Assembly (NCBI RefSeq): GCF_001194135.2
Contig: NC_068994.1
Span: forward strand, 42,509,995-42,561,629
DNA from: Octopus bimaculoides
Lineage: Eukaryota
DNA: 51,635 nt
Reading direction: 5' to 3'
Shown: one piece after another, positions 12,890-25,806 of the stretch
Position numbering within the stretch: position 1 is the stretch's first letter
How the letters are laid out: every line of letters begins with the position of its first letter
Notes under the pieces: model-generated
Database searches by the model: none
What the model was told of the DNA's origin: nothing
The model's input: the letters and a program-made list of their open reading frames with translations, nothing else
Translations under genes and position numbers: made by a program

Positions 12890-13480
12890 GGGTAGTGAAG
12901 AAATAGAGAAAGAAAGTGTCTATATTTAGAGAGATTGAGTGGCTGAGAGAAGAGAGGAAGAGAGAGAGAGAGAGAGAGAGAGAATGTTCGTGTCTATTTG
13001 AGAGGCTGAGAGAAGAAAGACGTGACAGAGAGAAGTGAAAAGACAGAGGAAGAGGTGTGATGGAGAGAAGTGAAAGGACACAGAGAGAGGGGGTATGTAT
13101 TTATGATAAAGGTTGAGGGTCTGAGAGAAGAAAGACTGTGTGTTAGAGAGAAGTGAAGAGAAGTGAAGAGAAGAAATAGAGAAGAGAGAGAAAGATTGTG
13201 TCAGGAGAAAAGTAAAGAGAAAGAGAGTGTGTGTCTATGTATTTATAGTGATGAAATAGAGAGAGAGAGAGAAGAAAGAACAGTGGAAGAGAGATTAAAG
13301 GTCTGAGAGAAGAATTATGGGATGATGGAATGAAGCAAAGAGATAGAGAGAGAGTGTATCTACGTATTTAGAGAGAAGCAATAGAGAAAGGAGGGAAAAA
13401 ACGGTATGATGGAGAAGAGAGCGAGAGAGAGAAGTTATGCAAACTCTTGAAAAGGATTCGACTTGGATAAGGAAAAATAA
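12890..13480 (+). repeat. Purine-rich (GA)n-like low-complexity tract
   Basis: ~590 bp dominated by gagagaagtgaa-type units. Confidence 0.85.
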
Positions 13481-14047
13481 ATAAAAGAACAAACAATTAT
13501 ATATATGTAACTAAAGAAATTCTCTTAAATCAGGAATAATGAAAGTTAAACCTCTCTACAATAATCTCGTAAGTCAAAAGCAAAACAGAAAACACCTTAC
13601 GTACATTTAACCTTCTATTTTCCCTAATAATAATAAGCTTTCAATAAACGACAGAAAAAAAAGAACACAAAGATACTTATCTAGTTTTTCCAATGAGAGA
13701 TGGGTATTTCCAAGGCAGTGGAAGATTTTAAACTTCTTTTCAAGTTATGGTGATACNNNNNNNNNNNNNNNNNNNNNNNNNNNNNNNNNNNNNNNNNNNN
13801 NNNNNNNNNNNNNNNNNNNNNNNNNNNNNNNNNNNNNNNNNNNNNNNNNNNNNNNNNNNNNNNNNNNNNNNNNNNNNNNNNNNNNNNNNNNNNNNNNNNN
13901 NNNNNNNNNNNNNNNNNNNNNNNNNNNNNNNNNNNNNNNNNNNNNNNNNNNNNNNNNNNNNNNNNNNNNNNNNNNNNNNNNNNNNNNNNNNNNNNNNNNN
14001 NNNNNNNNNNNNNNNNNNNNNNNNNNNNNNNNNNNNNNNNNNNNNNN

Positions 14048-14460
14048 ATATATATTCCAGACGGTTTTTCTGTAAATTTGTCTTGTTACGTTTTCACTCA
14101 AAAGTTAGTCAGACAGATATATATATATTTTTTTTTTTGATCGAAAATCGCAGTTATTTTAGAAATTTCGTAAAATCCACGTATTGTTATTTGCAACGTT
14201 TATAATTCATACATTCGCAAAAGAAAGATTCTTCCTCCTTACTATATTTCACTTTTTTATTTCTTCAAGTGTATTCTTTGTCATTCAGGAAGACATTTAA
14301 GACTTTCTTGGGTTTTCTTTATAATAGAATTCGCAGCTTTTTAGGAGTTTCTTGGCGATTTTCTAGGAGCTTAGAAAAACACGTGTCGATCAGAGGCCGC
14401 CATATATATATTTGTCGATAATGCTTGTATATATTAGAAACTTTTTTCCAAAAAAGCGTA
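14048..14460 (-). promoter_or_regulatory. CpG-enriched promoter/TSS-like region of a neighbouring minus-strand gene
   Basis: About 15 CpGs counted in ~410 bp of otherwise CpG-poor DNA. It contains a YY1-type GGCCGCCAT (14395-14403), an E-box CACGTG (14380-14385) and a DRE-like TATCGACA (14420-14413). A candidate donor TAC|GTAAGG lies at 13601/13600. Confidence 0.45.
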
Positions 14461-14849
14461 CAAGCATTATTCTTTATCAAGCAATAGTATTTTATTTGTG
14501 AAACCTAACATCCCAAAATCAGGTCTTCCCACTTCATTCAAGAGCGTTTTTGATTTTTTTCTACCACATGGCACCTTCAAGTGTCAGCAAGTCTTATTAT
14601 TCTTACCCAGTACTCTATCATTCATTTCCATCACACCACATAATCATTACCAATATAACTGTTATTTCTGTATACATTATGCTGAAATCTCATTAGTCCC
14701 CAGCCATCTCAGCCCACATGTGCTCTGCCTTCTATGAGAATTTACATTACACTTTCAACAGATAATATTTAATTAATTTTTAATTTCATTTTTCTGATCT
14801 ACCATCAGTGAATATTTCATTATTTGAGCCAAAGTTAGTGCTTTTATTG

Positions 14850-15150
14850 TGAAGGCACATAGCTTAATGATTAGGATATTCAGCTCCCAATCGTAAGGTC
14901 ATGAGTTCAATTCCCAGCAATGTGTTGTCTCCTAGAGCAAGACACTTTATTTCATGTTGCTACAGTCCACTCAGCTGGCAAAGATGAGAGATACCTGTAT
15001 TTCAAAGGGCAGGCCTTGTCATATTCTGTGTCACACTGAATCTCCCAGAGTACCATGCAAAGGGAGCATGTATTTGTGGAGTGCTTGGCCACTTGCATGT
15101 TAATTTTACGAGCAGGCTGTTCTATCAATTGGATCCACTGGAACCCTCAT
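14850..15150 (+). mobile_element. tRNA-type SINE family C; reverse copies at 39690-39860, 41790-42040 and 42620-42750
   Basis: tRNA-like head (gagttcaattccc) followed by gagcaagacacttta...cagtccactcagctg. The reverse copies show aagtgtcttgctcaa. Confidence 0.65.
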
Positions 15151-15899
15151 CATGTGCTATATCTACAATAAATAGCAATCAGCTTTCTCTCAATTTGAGA
15201 GAGATATGATTGCCAGCATGCTACTCACATATTTAAAAAGAAAAGTTACAGTAGACGGTGTACTCCTAGAGATACTATGCCATACCTGCACCTATATGTT
15301 TTTGATTTCTATACAATTTGAACTCAATTCTCCTGGGTTATCAAAATCTTGCCATTATCATTTAGAGTGGTAACATATATATATATATATATTTCTCTAC
15401 AGTACCTATTTAGAACATGGTAGATTGAACACATGAGAATAAAGTCTTTGCCAAGAAAGAGTGATGAGATACATTCTGCAGACTCTTCAGCCAGGAGGCT
15501 GGCATTTTATCAAGTCAGACATCAATATTTAAAGTAATTATAGAAACATTGATACTTAAAATAATTTGCCTATTCATCATCTCACAGACATATCACATAG
15601 TTTGCTGCCACTTATTAAGATTTTGCAGATATTTTAACTAAGAATTGATTTATTTTATTTTTTAATTCTCATTTGGTCTTTTTTGGTTTTTTTTGAGTCA
15701 CTTATTTTAAGAAATCAAATTTTTCTGATTTCTCAAACTTTAAGAAAATCAATTAAAAATTTAAAAAGCAAATACATCAACTAATTTTTACTTCAAAAAT
15801 CATTATAAGTCTAGTTTCTACATGTTAATTTGGGATCTAATATAAGAATTAAGAATTCCACCCTTTCATTTTCCCTGTCCATCCTCCCTAGGTAGGTTG

Positions 15900-16260
15900 T
15901 AGAAGTAGAATCATCAGGTAGCTCCTTCAAAAAGTCCTAGCAGAAGCAACCATCATTTCATGCATTTTCCTGCTGGATTCCCAAACATGACCAACTGAGG
16001 TGATGAATATTATCCACCCATCTTGTTTTTGGTCCATCCCTTGGTTACCTATCAGTTGACTCGGATTGAAGAATCCATCTTAAGATCCTTTCTAATGACA
16101 TTCTGATCACGTGTTGGTAGTACCAGAAATGTGACCTCTTAATGGAAAGTAATAGCTTATCCCAATGAGACGAGGCTCCCTGATCTCTGAATGATGCACC
16201 TTGTCAAGTAATATTACACTAGAAACTTTTCAGAGAAACATCGTCTAAGTTGCTTATATT
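15900..16260 (-). mobile_element. RTE-like LINE C-terminal remnant
   Basis: Frameshifted translation gives LLDKVHHSEIRE, HVIRMSLERILRWILQ and GPKTRWVDNI..LSWSCLG, matching typical RTE ORF ends. Confidence 0.6.
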
Positions 16261-16273
16261 CCTGATTGTATAG

Positions 16274-16615
16274 GCACAGGAATGGCTGTGTGGTAAGTAG
16301 CTTGCTTACCAACCACATGGTTCCGGGTTCAGTCCCACTGCATGGCACCTTGGGCAAGTGTCATCTACTATAGCCTCGGGCCGACCAAAGCCTTTTGAGT
16401 GGATTTGGTAGACGGAAACTGAAAAAAGCCCGTCGTATATATATATATATATNNNNNNNNNNCAATGCTGGTGTGTTTACGTCCCTGTAACTTAGCGGTT
16501 CGGCAAAAAGAGACTGATAGAATAAATACTAGGTTTACAAAGAATAAGTCCTGGGGTCGATTTTCTCGACTAAAGGTGGTGCTCCAGCATGGCTGCAGTC
16601 AAATGACTGAAACAA

Positions 16616-16625
<10 letters not shown>
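16274..16625 (+). mobile_element. tRNA-type SINE family A, well-preserved copy with internal (TA)n and gap
   Basis: Head ggctgtgtggtaag...ggttcagtcccactg (A/B-box-like) and tail gatagaataaatactagg...ggtgctccagcatggctgcagtcaaatgactgaaacaagtaaaag. The same family recurs many times in the window. Confidence 0.8.
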
Positions 16626-16651
<26 letters not shown>

Positions 16652-17539
16652 TCTTTTGGTCATTACCCAGCATTCATTACCAAATCCACTCACTTGCTCA
16701 ATGTGTCACACAGTGGGACTGAACCCAAAACGGTGGTTTAGAAACAAACTTCTTACCACACAGCCACATATTGCATACATATATACATGCATGCATGCAT
16801 ACATGCATACATACATACATACATGTGCAATATTTTTTTGTATCTTTCACCGATATGTATTAATGAAGTAAATAAACACTGGTGAAATAAAACATAAAAG
16901 TACATGTAAGCTCAAAGTTCTTTGTTATATTTGTTCTGGATCAAACTGCAGTTACTTCCTCATTCCTCGTACCATCAGAAATGTTGTGAACCAACAATTA
17001 AGCTCAATGGAAACCTATACCTAATGATGCTATAGTTCACCTACTATAATACAAAACCAAATAAATAAAGAACTGATTAATGTTATACTCTTTGTCTTAT
17101 CAAATTAGGATTTCCCTTTTGTATGAAGAGCTGAGTGATTAATGAGCTTTAATGACTTTTTAAAATTTCTCTTAAATGCATGAGTGTTAGGGTTTACATT
17201 CAAATAATCAATCAACCAAATCTGTATCACAAGGATGTTGCACTTATTCGGCAAAACAGCAATGAGCCTATGATGATGTTTGTATCCCAGTCTTGGGCAG
17301 ATTGCAACCTGCAGAACTCACTGGAAAGCATGTGTAATGAAAAACTACTTTGAAAATTTCTTAGAAGTGTGCCTTGCCTGTTGAGGACCCATATCTCATG
17401 TGACAGACTTCTCATAAAAGGTAGCCCATGCCTACTGTATATAATTGATTGGCCTAAAAACAGCAGCCAAATTTCCCTCAAACCACACTACTATCTTAAA
17501 AAATGGAAGAACAGATTAAAGGATTTAATCATAAATAGG

Positions 17540-17870
17540 TGGAGGCATTGCTGTGTGGTAAGAAACCTGCGATATCTATATCGATATCTATATATATATA
17601 TAGATATATATATATATATATAAATCTATACATATATATATGTGTGTGTGTGTGTCTTTGTGTCTGTGTTTGTTGCTCACCACCACTTGACAGCCAATGT
17701 TGGTATGTTTACATCTCCATAACTTAGTGGCTCAACAAAAGAACCTGATAATATAAGTACGAAGTATTAAAAAAAAATGTCCTGGAGATGATTTGTTTGA
17801 ATAAAACCCTTCAAGGTGGTGCTCCAGCATGGCTGCTGTCAAATGACTGAAACAAGTAAAAGATAAAAAG
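17540..17870 (+). mobile_element. SINE family A copy, internally deleted
   Basis: gctgtgtggtaagaa head start, then microsatellite, then tail ggtggtgctccagcatggctgctgtcaaatgactgaaacaagtaaaag. Confidence 0.65.
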
Positions 17871-18054
17871 TATATAGCTTTAAATAGGTGGAATTGCTAC
17901 ACCTGGAATGCATTTCATCATGTCTATTCATTCAAGGAGGATCTGGAGTTAAGTAACAACAATAATTTCTTTATTCCTTATTTCTCTCAGTCAACCATAT
18001 TTTCCCACCAGCTTCTTCTTTATTCATTCATTGAGTGCTCTATTTATGGAAATT

Positions 18055-18330
18055 TGTCTTCATCATTATCAATTAACGTCTGTTTTCCATGCTGGCATGT
18101 GTTAGATGGTTTACCAGGAGTTGGCTAGGCAAAAAGCCTCCACCATACTTCAGTGTGTGATTTGGCATGGTTTTTACAGCTGGATGTTCTTCCTAACACC
18201 AATCACCCTGCAGAGTGGACTGAATGCTTTTTATGTGGCACCAGCACAGGCGAGGTCTGGTTTTGGCTTGGTTTTTACAGCTGGATGCCCTTCCAAATGC
18301 CAATCACTTTACAGCACAGACTGGATGCTT
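18055..18330 (-). mobile_element. RTE-type 3'-end repeat with an internal duplicated block
   Basis: ttaacgtctgttttccatgctggcatg... and the block gcatggtttttacagctggatg occurs twice. Confidence 0.7.
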
Positions 18331-18779
18331 TTTACTAGACTTGCTACTTATCTCTTACTTCCATAGCATCAGAATGGTGAGAAATAATCTTCTCCGGGAA
18401 AGGCTGCCAAACAGAATTTTCCTCTGGGTAGAATTTAACTCAAAACAATAAACCAATAAAATGACTCACCAATTCACAGGTCTACTTCTAAGTGAACTTG
18501 AGAGTTAAATATCTTATACATTATACAAAGATCAGGATATGAACTACTGAATACTCCTTTTGTTTTCAATGCCCAGTTGAGTCACCAATATAAATATACC
18601 CCCATGAAAAGAAATCTTGGTTGGGGTTCTATGACCCACTCATTTTGGGGCACAGATTTTAAAATTAACTGTATTATATAATTGCTAGTGTATCCATTGA
18701 ATGATTCAGGAAAATTTACAAATTATTCTCATTGGATTGCACCAAATAAAGACAAAATTTAAACTTTTGATTGATTCTT

Positions 18780-19673
18780 ATATAAAAAGTAAATAAATTC
18801 TTTATTTTATTAAATTTACACTGGATAAAACATAAGGGGAATGTTATTCCTTTTGATGAGCCATTTTGGCATTAGATAAATTGAGAAAAGAAATAAAGTA
18901 AACAAAAAAAAAGAAAAAGAAAACTGGAAAAGACAGCACAATGAAAATACTTTACAGAATCCACAGATTAAATTCATTTAAACCAATATTTTTTATTTTT
19001 CTATTTTTTTTTTATTAAGGGACAACTAAAATGTGAATTGTATCCCAGTACACAATATTATCTGTCAAAAAAAAAAACAACAAAAATATATAAAATAAAC
19101 AAATGAATTTCATGAAAGATGCAAAAGTTGAATTGAATTCACAAGTGTTTCCATCGTTTTGTAAATGTTCTTATCATTGTCTTTTTTTTTTTAAATCTTC
19201 TCTTACATTTATTTATGAATGTCCCTTTAGAGACAACAATGGAACTGATGCTTGCAGTATGTTACAATGAAAAAGATAAACTCCCCTGCTTCATATTGAA
19301 CTTAGTAATAATTAATTTCATAATAAGGGGGTATGAGGGTGGAACGTGGGGTTTATGTAGGGGGTAAACCAAGACTTGTCTGTGTCTGTTTCTGTTTAGG
19401 TTTTAGTTGTTTTTATTGTTGTTTCTTTTTCTTTCTTTTGTTTTCTTACATAAAGTTGTTTGTACAAATTTATTTTACATGGACATTAATAGTCTTCTTT
19501 ATACATATATACATATTTATAAACATTTGTACAAATAAACATCAGTTTATGAATGCATGTATGCTTGTTTATATGTGTATATATATATATGTATATATAC
19601 ACACACATACGTACATGCATATATATATATATATATGTATAATATATGTGTGTATAATATATATATTGTGTGA

Positions 19674-19741
<68 letters not shown>

Positions 19742-20439
19742 CACATATATATATATATAATGGATATGTTTTTACATATTTGATTACTGCACCAAAAAAC
19801 AAAATGAAACATTCCATCTGCTGCTCAGTAATTAGTGAAACAGCTTTTCCTTTCATTGAATTCTTGTGTAAGAATTTTTGCTATTGCATTTAGTGTCATG
19901 TCTTTGCTGGTGCCATCTTGGTCTCAAATTCATTTGTGTATCACAGTTTATCAGTGGAACAGGTGTAGTTAATGAAGTGGAATACACCTTGACGTGTGCA
20001 GAGATTAAAATACAAAGATTTCTGTAGCCGATTCTTTGCATTTTAAAAGGGTATGGAATTATTTTTTGGGGGGTTTTGTTTCCTTCTCTTTTTAAATTTT
20101 AATATTTGGATTTTTAAATATCCTTTTTTGTTAATGCTTTTTTTTTTTCCTTTTACTTGTGAAAAAAGATTGTTTTTTTTTTATTTGTATTGTATTTAAT
20201 TCATTTGTTTTGTGTTTTTTTCTTTTTATTTTCAGTCTTTGTTTTTTGTTTTCTGAAGGTGTTACTCCAATGATTTCAACAAAGTGTTCGATATCATAGA
20301 AAAAAGTTTTGATATTTATTTTAACTCAAGAAACATGTCTTGATAAATGTTCAGTGCTGATTGTTGCATTATGCAAATTAGTAAACTCCCTTCAGTGATT
20401 TCTGGTAAGAATCTGATAGCATTTCCTCTTTTACTTTCA
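18780..20439 (-). other. Probable ~1.7-kb 3' UTR with AATAAA at 18806-18801
   Basis: A/U-tract-rich sequence free of recognisable SINE/LINE copies, ending in AATAAAATAAA followed by a T-rich stretch on the minus strand. The cleavage site is approximate. Confidence 0.45.
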
Positions 20440-20480
20440 TCAAAACTCAAGAGATTCTTTTCTGCTGATTAAGTTGAGCA
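20440..20480 (-). CDS. PCDH: Probable terminal coding segment of the protocadherin (V-LNLISRKESLEF*)
   Basis: Acceptor CTCTCTTTTCTAG|TG at 20481/20480. A phase-1 join to exon 2 gives a 2583-nt CDS (860 aa plus stop). All three frames stop within 41 nt and are followed by UTR-like sequence. Intervening exons, including ones hidden in gaps, cannot be excluded. Confidence 0.5.
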
Positions 20481-20989
20481 CTAGAAAAGAGAGTATATAT
20501 GAAATTTTAGTTATTTAGCAATTCTGTAAACAGTGACTATTCATACATACACATGCACTTATACATACACATAAATGCATACAAACATACACATATTTAA
20601 AATTATAAATATATGAAATGAAAATGAGATAAAAGAAATAACACATGGTGGTCAGTGGCATGGATCTGAGATAGAAAGATGAATAAGAAGATATTAAATA
20701 GCATACAAGCTAAATTCTTTATTCACTAACATTATTTTGGCTTCCAAAGAAGATAGATCAATTGCTAGATAACAATCTACACAAATTCTAGAAAATAAGG
20801 TGAGATAATCTCAAACTTCAAGAATTTTCCAAAACTGTCATGCCATTCAGGAAAACACAGTGCAATTGCCTGAAGATAAGAGTACAGCCATGGACACATG
20901 TTTTCCTGCTATAATTGGCATCATTAGCACAGCAGTTGTTTTTACCTTACCATTAGCAGAAAAGGCAGTTAAACAGCATCATCATCATC

Positions 20990-21610
20990 ATCATCATCAT
21001 CATTGTCAACGTCATCATCATCATCAGCAGCAGCAGCAGCTGTATCAACATTAGCATCACCATCATCATTTAACATCCCTTTTTCCATGCTGGTTTGAAT
21101 GGTTTGGCAAGAATAGGCAAGCCAGAGGACTCTACCAGGATCTACGTTTGCTTTAGCATGGTTTCTACAGTTGGATGCCCTTCCTAACACCTACCAATTA
21201 ACAGAGTGTATTGGGTCCTTCTTACATGGCACCAGCACTGATGTGGTTGCCAAGTATCTGCAAGAAAAGATCCCCTCAACTGAGTGGGGTATAGACTGGA
21301 GAAATAAAAAAAACTATAATGAAGGGACAGGTATCTTGTTGAAGAGGTGAATACATGGTTTGCACACCTGGAAAGTGAGAGAGAGAGAGGAAGAAGGTAC
21401 AACATGAATATGAGGAAGAATAGGAAATGCACTGAGTGAAAATAGTGTCACAGATCATTGGAAAAAGGGAATGAGTTGGATACAGTGGATATCAGTTCAG
21501 TGTAGCAAGGAGTGAAGAAAATAGATGGGCCTCGGAGAGGTTCAACATTTTGAGGTCAGTCATCACCACTTCATTCCTCATCTTCCTAGGGCTACCTCTT
21601 CCACATTTTC
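20990..21610 (-). mobile_element. RTE LINE 3' end (ORF end, 3' UTR and (GAT)n tail), degenerate
   Basis: CGRGSPRK...EVV..DLKML resembles GRGRPRKTW.EVV..DL. It is followed by the family 3' UTR (gaagggcatccaactgtagaaacc) and a CAT/GAT repeat tail. Confidence 0.6.
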
Positions 21611-21668
21611 TTTACACTCCCACACATATATTTATTTGATTGTATGAATATGACATGATTACGTAAAA

Positions 21669-21892
21669 CAGCGCTTCTCAACCGGGGTTTCCCAGAATCC
21701 TAGGGTTCTGTGAAAAAGAGTGAGATAAGCTAATGCTAATTTTATGATTGTAATATTACTATACATGCATAACATATTATTAGTTATTGTAATATTGTAA
21801 TATAGACACCATCCTAGCTAACCTATTATGTTATCAAAAATATATAACAACCATTGGGGATATATTTAGTGATGTCTGTAATTTATGGACAT

Positions 21893-21927
<35 letters not shown>

Positions 21928-22491
21928 NNNNNNNNNNNNNNNNNNNNNNNNNNNNNNNNNNNNNNNNNNNNNNNNNNNNNNNNNNNNNNNNNNNNNNNNN
22001 NNNNNNNNNNNNNNNNNNNNNNNNNNNNNNNNNNNNNNNNNNNNNNNNNNNNNNNNNNNNNNNNNNNNNNNNNNNNNNNNNNNNNNNNNNNNNNNNNNNN
22101 NNNNNNNNNNNNNNNNNNNNNNNNNNNNNNNNNNNNNNNNNNNNNNNNNNNNNNNNNNNNNNNNNNNNNNNNNNNNNNNNNNNNNNNNNNNNNNNNNNNN
22201 NNNNNNNNNNNNNNNNNNNNNNNNNNNNNNNNNNNNNNNCCCCCCCCCATAACTATTCAATGTTTAAAAACTAGTTTCATAGACGTTTCTTTTAAAATTC
22301 CTACTTTGTCTTCCACACATTTACTTGCGTAAGTTGATCTTTACTAAATGTTAGAAGAAACCTCACTGTTTCTCACAATAAGTACACCTAAAGCAAAACT
22401 TTTCATGGACCCTTAAAACATTAATCTGGATCCCTAATTTACTATTTTATGGATCCCCAGGGGTCATATGGATCCTGGTTAGGAACCAGTG
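21669..22491. mobile_element. hAT-type non-autonomous element(s) with CAG..TTCTCAAC-like ends, spanning a gap
   Basis: Left end cagcgcttctcaaccgggg, right end ggttaggaaccagtg. The body is homologous to 50865-51210. No matching TSD, so this may be two elements. Confidence 0.5.
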
Positions 22492-22799
22492 ATATATAGG
22501 AAGGAAATATTCAATTTCATTCCTCTTCCTTTTGATTTCAAATCCTGCAAGATATGATTTTTTTCCTCTTCCTCACTGCCTTTCTCTCTCTCACTCTCTC
22601 CCTGGCAGGGGAATAGAAGTATTATTAGTAAACTGAGATCTATTCAACCCTGTTTTACCCTATTACAAATAGTTCGCAATGTGAAAACATAAAATTATTA
22701 CATCGTTATCTCTATTGCAATTGGACATTGTTATTATGTTGGTAGTTTTAGTCAATGTATTGTCATAATCACCACCAACACCACCACCACCACAATCAT

Positions 22800-23000
22800 C
22801 ATCATCATCATCATCATGAGCAGCAGCAACATCACTTAACGTCTGTCATCGATATGGGCTTGTGTTGAAGGGTTTAACAAGATCTATATCAAGGTCCATA
22901 GGTCTGCACTTGCCTGGTTTCTATGGCTGGGTGCCTTTCCTAACATCAACCACTTTATAAAGTATACTGGGTACTTTTTTTTCATGGCACTGATCCCAGT
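22800..23000 (-). mobile_element. RTE-type 3'-end repeat, degenerate
   Basis: (ATC)n tail followed by ttaacgtc and ttctatggctgggtgcctttcctaac. Confidence 0.55.
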
Positions 23001-25806
23001 GAGGTTGCCAAGTAACTTGCAATGCAATGTAAAAGACCCTTTAATTAAACTGTAGTAGAGAGATGTGATTTTATGCCAAATATTGAGAGGCTGAAGTAGA
23101 ATAGAAGGACAAAAATATCTATCATTCTGTTAAGGTGATATAAGCCTATCCAAAGAGATGAAGACAATGGTAGCAAGGTGTTAGGGCATGTCCTCTATGA
23201 TCAAAAATATTTCAGCTTTGGCAATCCAATTTTTATTTTGAGATATCAAATGATAACATTATCTAATGTGTTCTTCCCTTAGGAAGAAGTTTAAGGAAGA
23301 TTCAGCTACTATTTCTAGCAGTGTGAGTGACCATATAGAGGCTCCATTTTTGGCTCATATTGAACTATGCAGTTACTATTGCCAAATATCAAGGATATAA
23401 ATTATGTTAGTTCCCTAAAGAAGTTTCTTTAAACGTAATCAAGCCTCATTATGTAAAAACAACTTTTCATCGAAAATAGCACAAAAACATTGCATGTATG
23501 AAGTAGCAACGATCTCAAGCAACTCCAGATGCTTGAATGGTGACCTAAATGCCATGTATTCAAACCCTTGTTACAGGTGTGGCATCATGTTCCTATTTAA
23601 GATTTGTTATATTATTTTCCTGTCAACTCAGACCAAAATAGGCATCACTCCAACATCGTCTTTAACAGTTTGGTGTGATGAATAGCCTCAATTTGCAAAA
23701 ACATGTGTTCCAACAATTCCTGCAATTATCCCGATTTTTCAGAAATATCTGATTCACTCTATCAAGGAAAAAAGTAGTTGTAACACCAGTGCGTTATTGT
23801 GTATGTATGTGCATTTGTTTATATCTGTATGTGCGTGTGTGTGTGCATATGTGAATGTGTTCTTATGGATGCATGTGTTTATGTGAATGTTTATACGCAT
23901 GTGTCAATGCATGTGTATGTGCACGTGTCCATGTTTGTGTGTATGTGTTCTTTGCCTTCATGTCTGCTGGCTAAATGTTGCAGCCCAAGGTTTCATTCAC
24001 ATGTATATATATATACTTTTTTTTTACATGTGCATGTTTGTGTTACTGCATGTGTTATATATACACATAAAAATCAATGTGCATGCATGTTTGGGTTAGA
24101 GATAAAGAGCTAGAGATGTAACTAGAGAGAGAGAGAGAGAGAGAGACAAACAGGCAGAGACAAATGAAGTTGGAGAAATCAAGAGGGTGACAGAGGAAGA
24201 GAGAGAGAGAGATATATAAAGGGAGTGGAAGGAGGATGGAGAATGAAGAAAAGACAGAAAAAGAATCAGATATGACAAATGCTTCTACAAATCACAGAAT
24301 TCTAGGAAACAGATTCTACAGCTTTGAAACTCAGTAGCAGCAAAATGCACCATAGAAATCAACACTAGGATAGGAGATCAATTTATCACAGACCTTATTC
24401 CCAAAAGATCTGATAACATCTATTCCCTTTAGCTAAATAAAACTGCAATTTATAAAATAAAGTATCATGCCTTTCAGACATGATGTAATATTAAGTTCAC
24501 AGCTATGGATTTCACATATTTTTCAGACTACATAATCAAGACAAAATATAAAAGAATGGTATTGTTGTTAGTCGCACAAATTCTTTAGATTAAAATCCTG
24601 TCATAAGAGTTGCAGTGTGTTTCTTAAATTTCATGAAAATTCATGTAAAATAGAATCTAATACCAAATCTAATGCACATGGATATTGATATTTCAAGTTG
24701 CCACTGTCCGAGCAATGGCAATGTTGACATTCCAGGTCAACATTATAATTGGTTGCTCTTGAAAAACATATAAGGGATTGGAGACAAGAAGGGCATCCAG
24801 CCATAAAATCTTGCCTCACTATAAACCCCTGATAGCATGTGAGAACAAATAAGTAATAAACATCGGCTTTCACCATAACAAAGTTCTATTTCTAATGATG
24901 ATTTCTTTTGACAGGACGCTATTCGAATTTTCAAACAGGAATGAGTAAATTTAATCTATATCATTTGCACTTATTTATTTTAGGTGCAGTATGATAAAAT
25001 ATTTGAGAAATTTGCTTCACAACTGCAAGATCTTGGAATCATTCCTACCACATGGAATCTTGCAGCAAATATTATTTTCTATAACTTTAACCCTTTTGAT
25101 ACCAAACTGCCTGAAACAACTCTTGATTTTATAATACAGATACCCTGTTTTAAGGTCAAAATCTTATGTTAAATTCACTCAAGACATCATCTTATTAATG
25201 CCTTAGTTATTTTAAGAAATTTTTCAAAGAGATGTGGTAACAAAAGGGTTAAGTTGATTCACATTTTGTGAGTGAAAATGGGTTGATGAAAACTGCATAG
25301 AAGATGGATTGTAACTGTAATTCAAAGGTACAACTTTATCATACACTTTGTTATGCTGATTCTATCTGAGAATTTCATTAAGAATGTAAATAACTGTTAA
25401 ATGCTCAGCTACATGGGTGTTAATTCAAGAGCAGGTAATTCAAATGAACAAACAAACTAAAACTTCATCAAATGCTGGAGAACCATCCATCCACTTATTT
25501 GTAAATCACAGGAGTATGAATGACAAATGTAGTCCCAATAGAAATAAATACTATAACAGTTCTGTCCAATATTATCTTAACAGTGTTATTGGACACCTGG
25601 CAATGCAATGCTCTGGAGATCTATAATACATACTTATTAACAGAAAGCTTCAAAATGCATAGATTAGCATTGGGCTACTTGATCAATAGGGACTCTTATT
25701 CTTATCATGGAAATATTAACATCACCTGTACATGAAATATTAGCTGTTCTCAGGCATAAAGTTTCATAATTCAAATCTAATCTTTTACCATGTATATCTT
25801 CTAGAC

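Noticed and set aside
19853-20041. 62-aa minus-strand ORF
   Set aside because: It lies inside the probable 3' UTR and has no recognisable motif or splice support.
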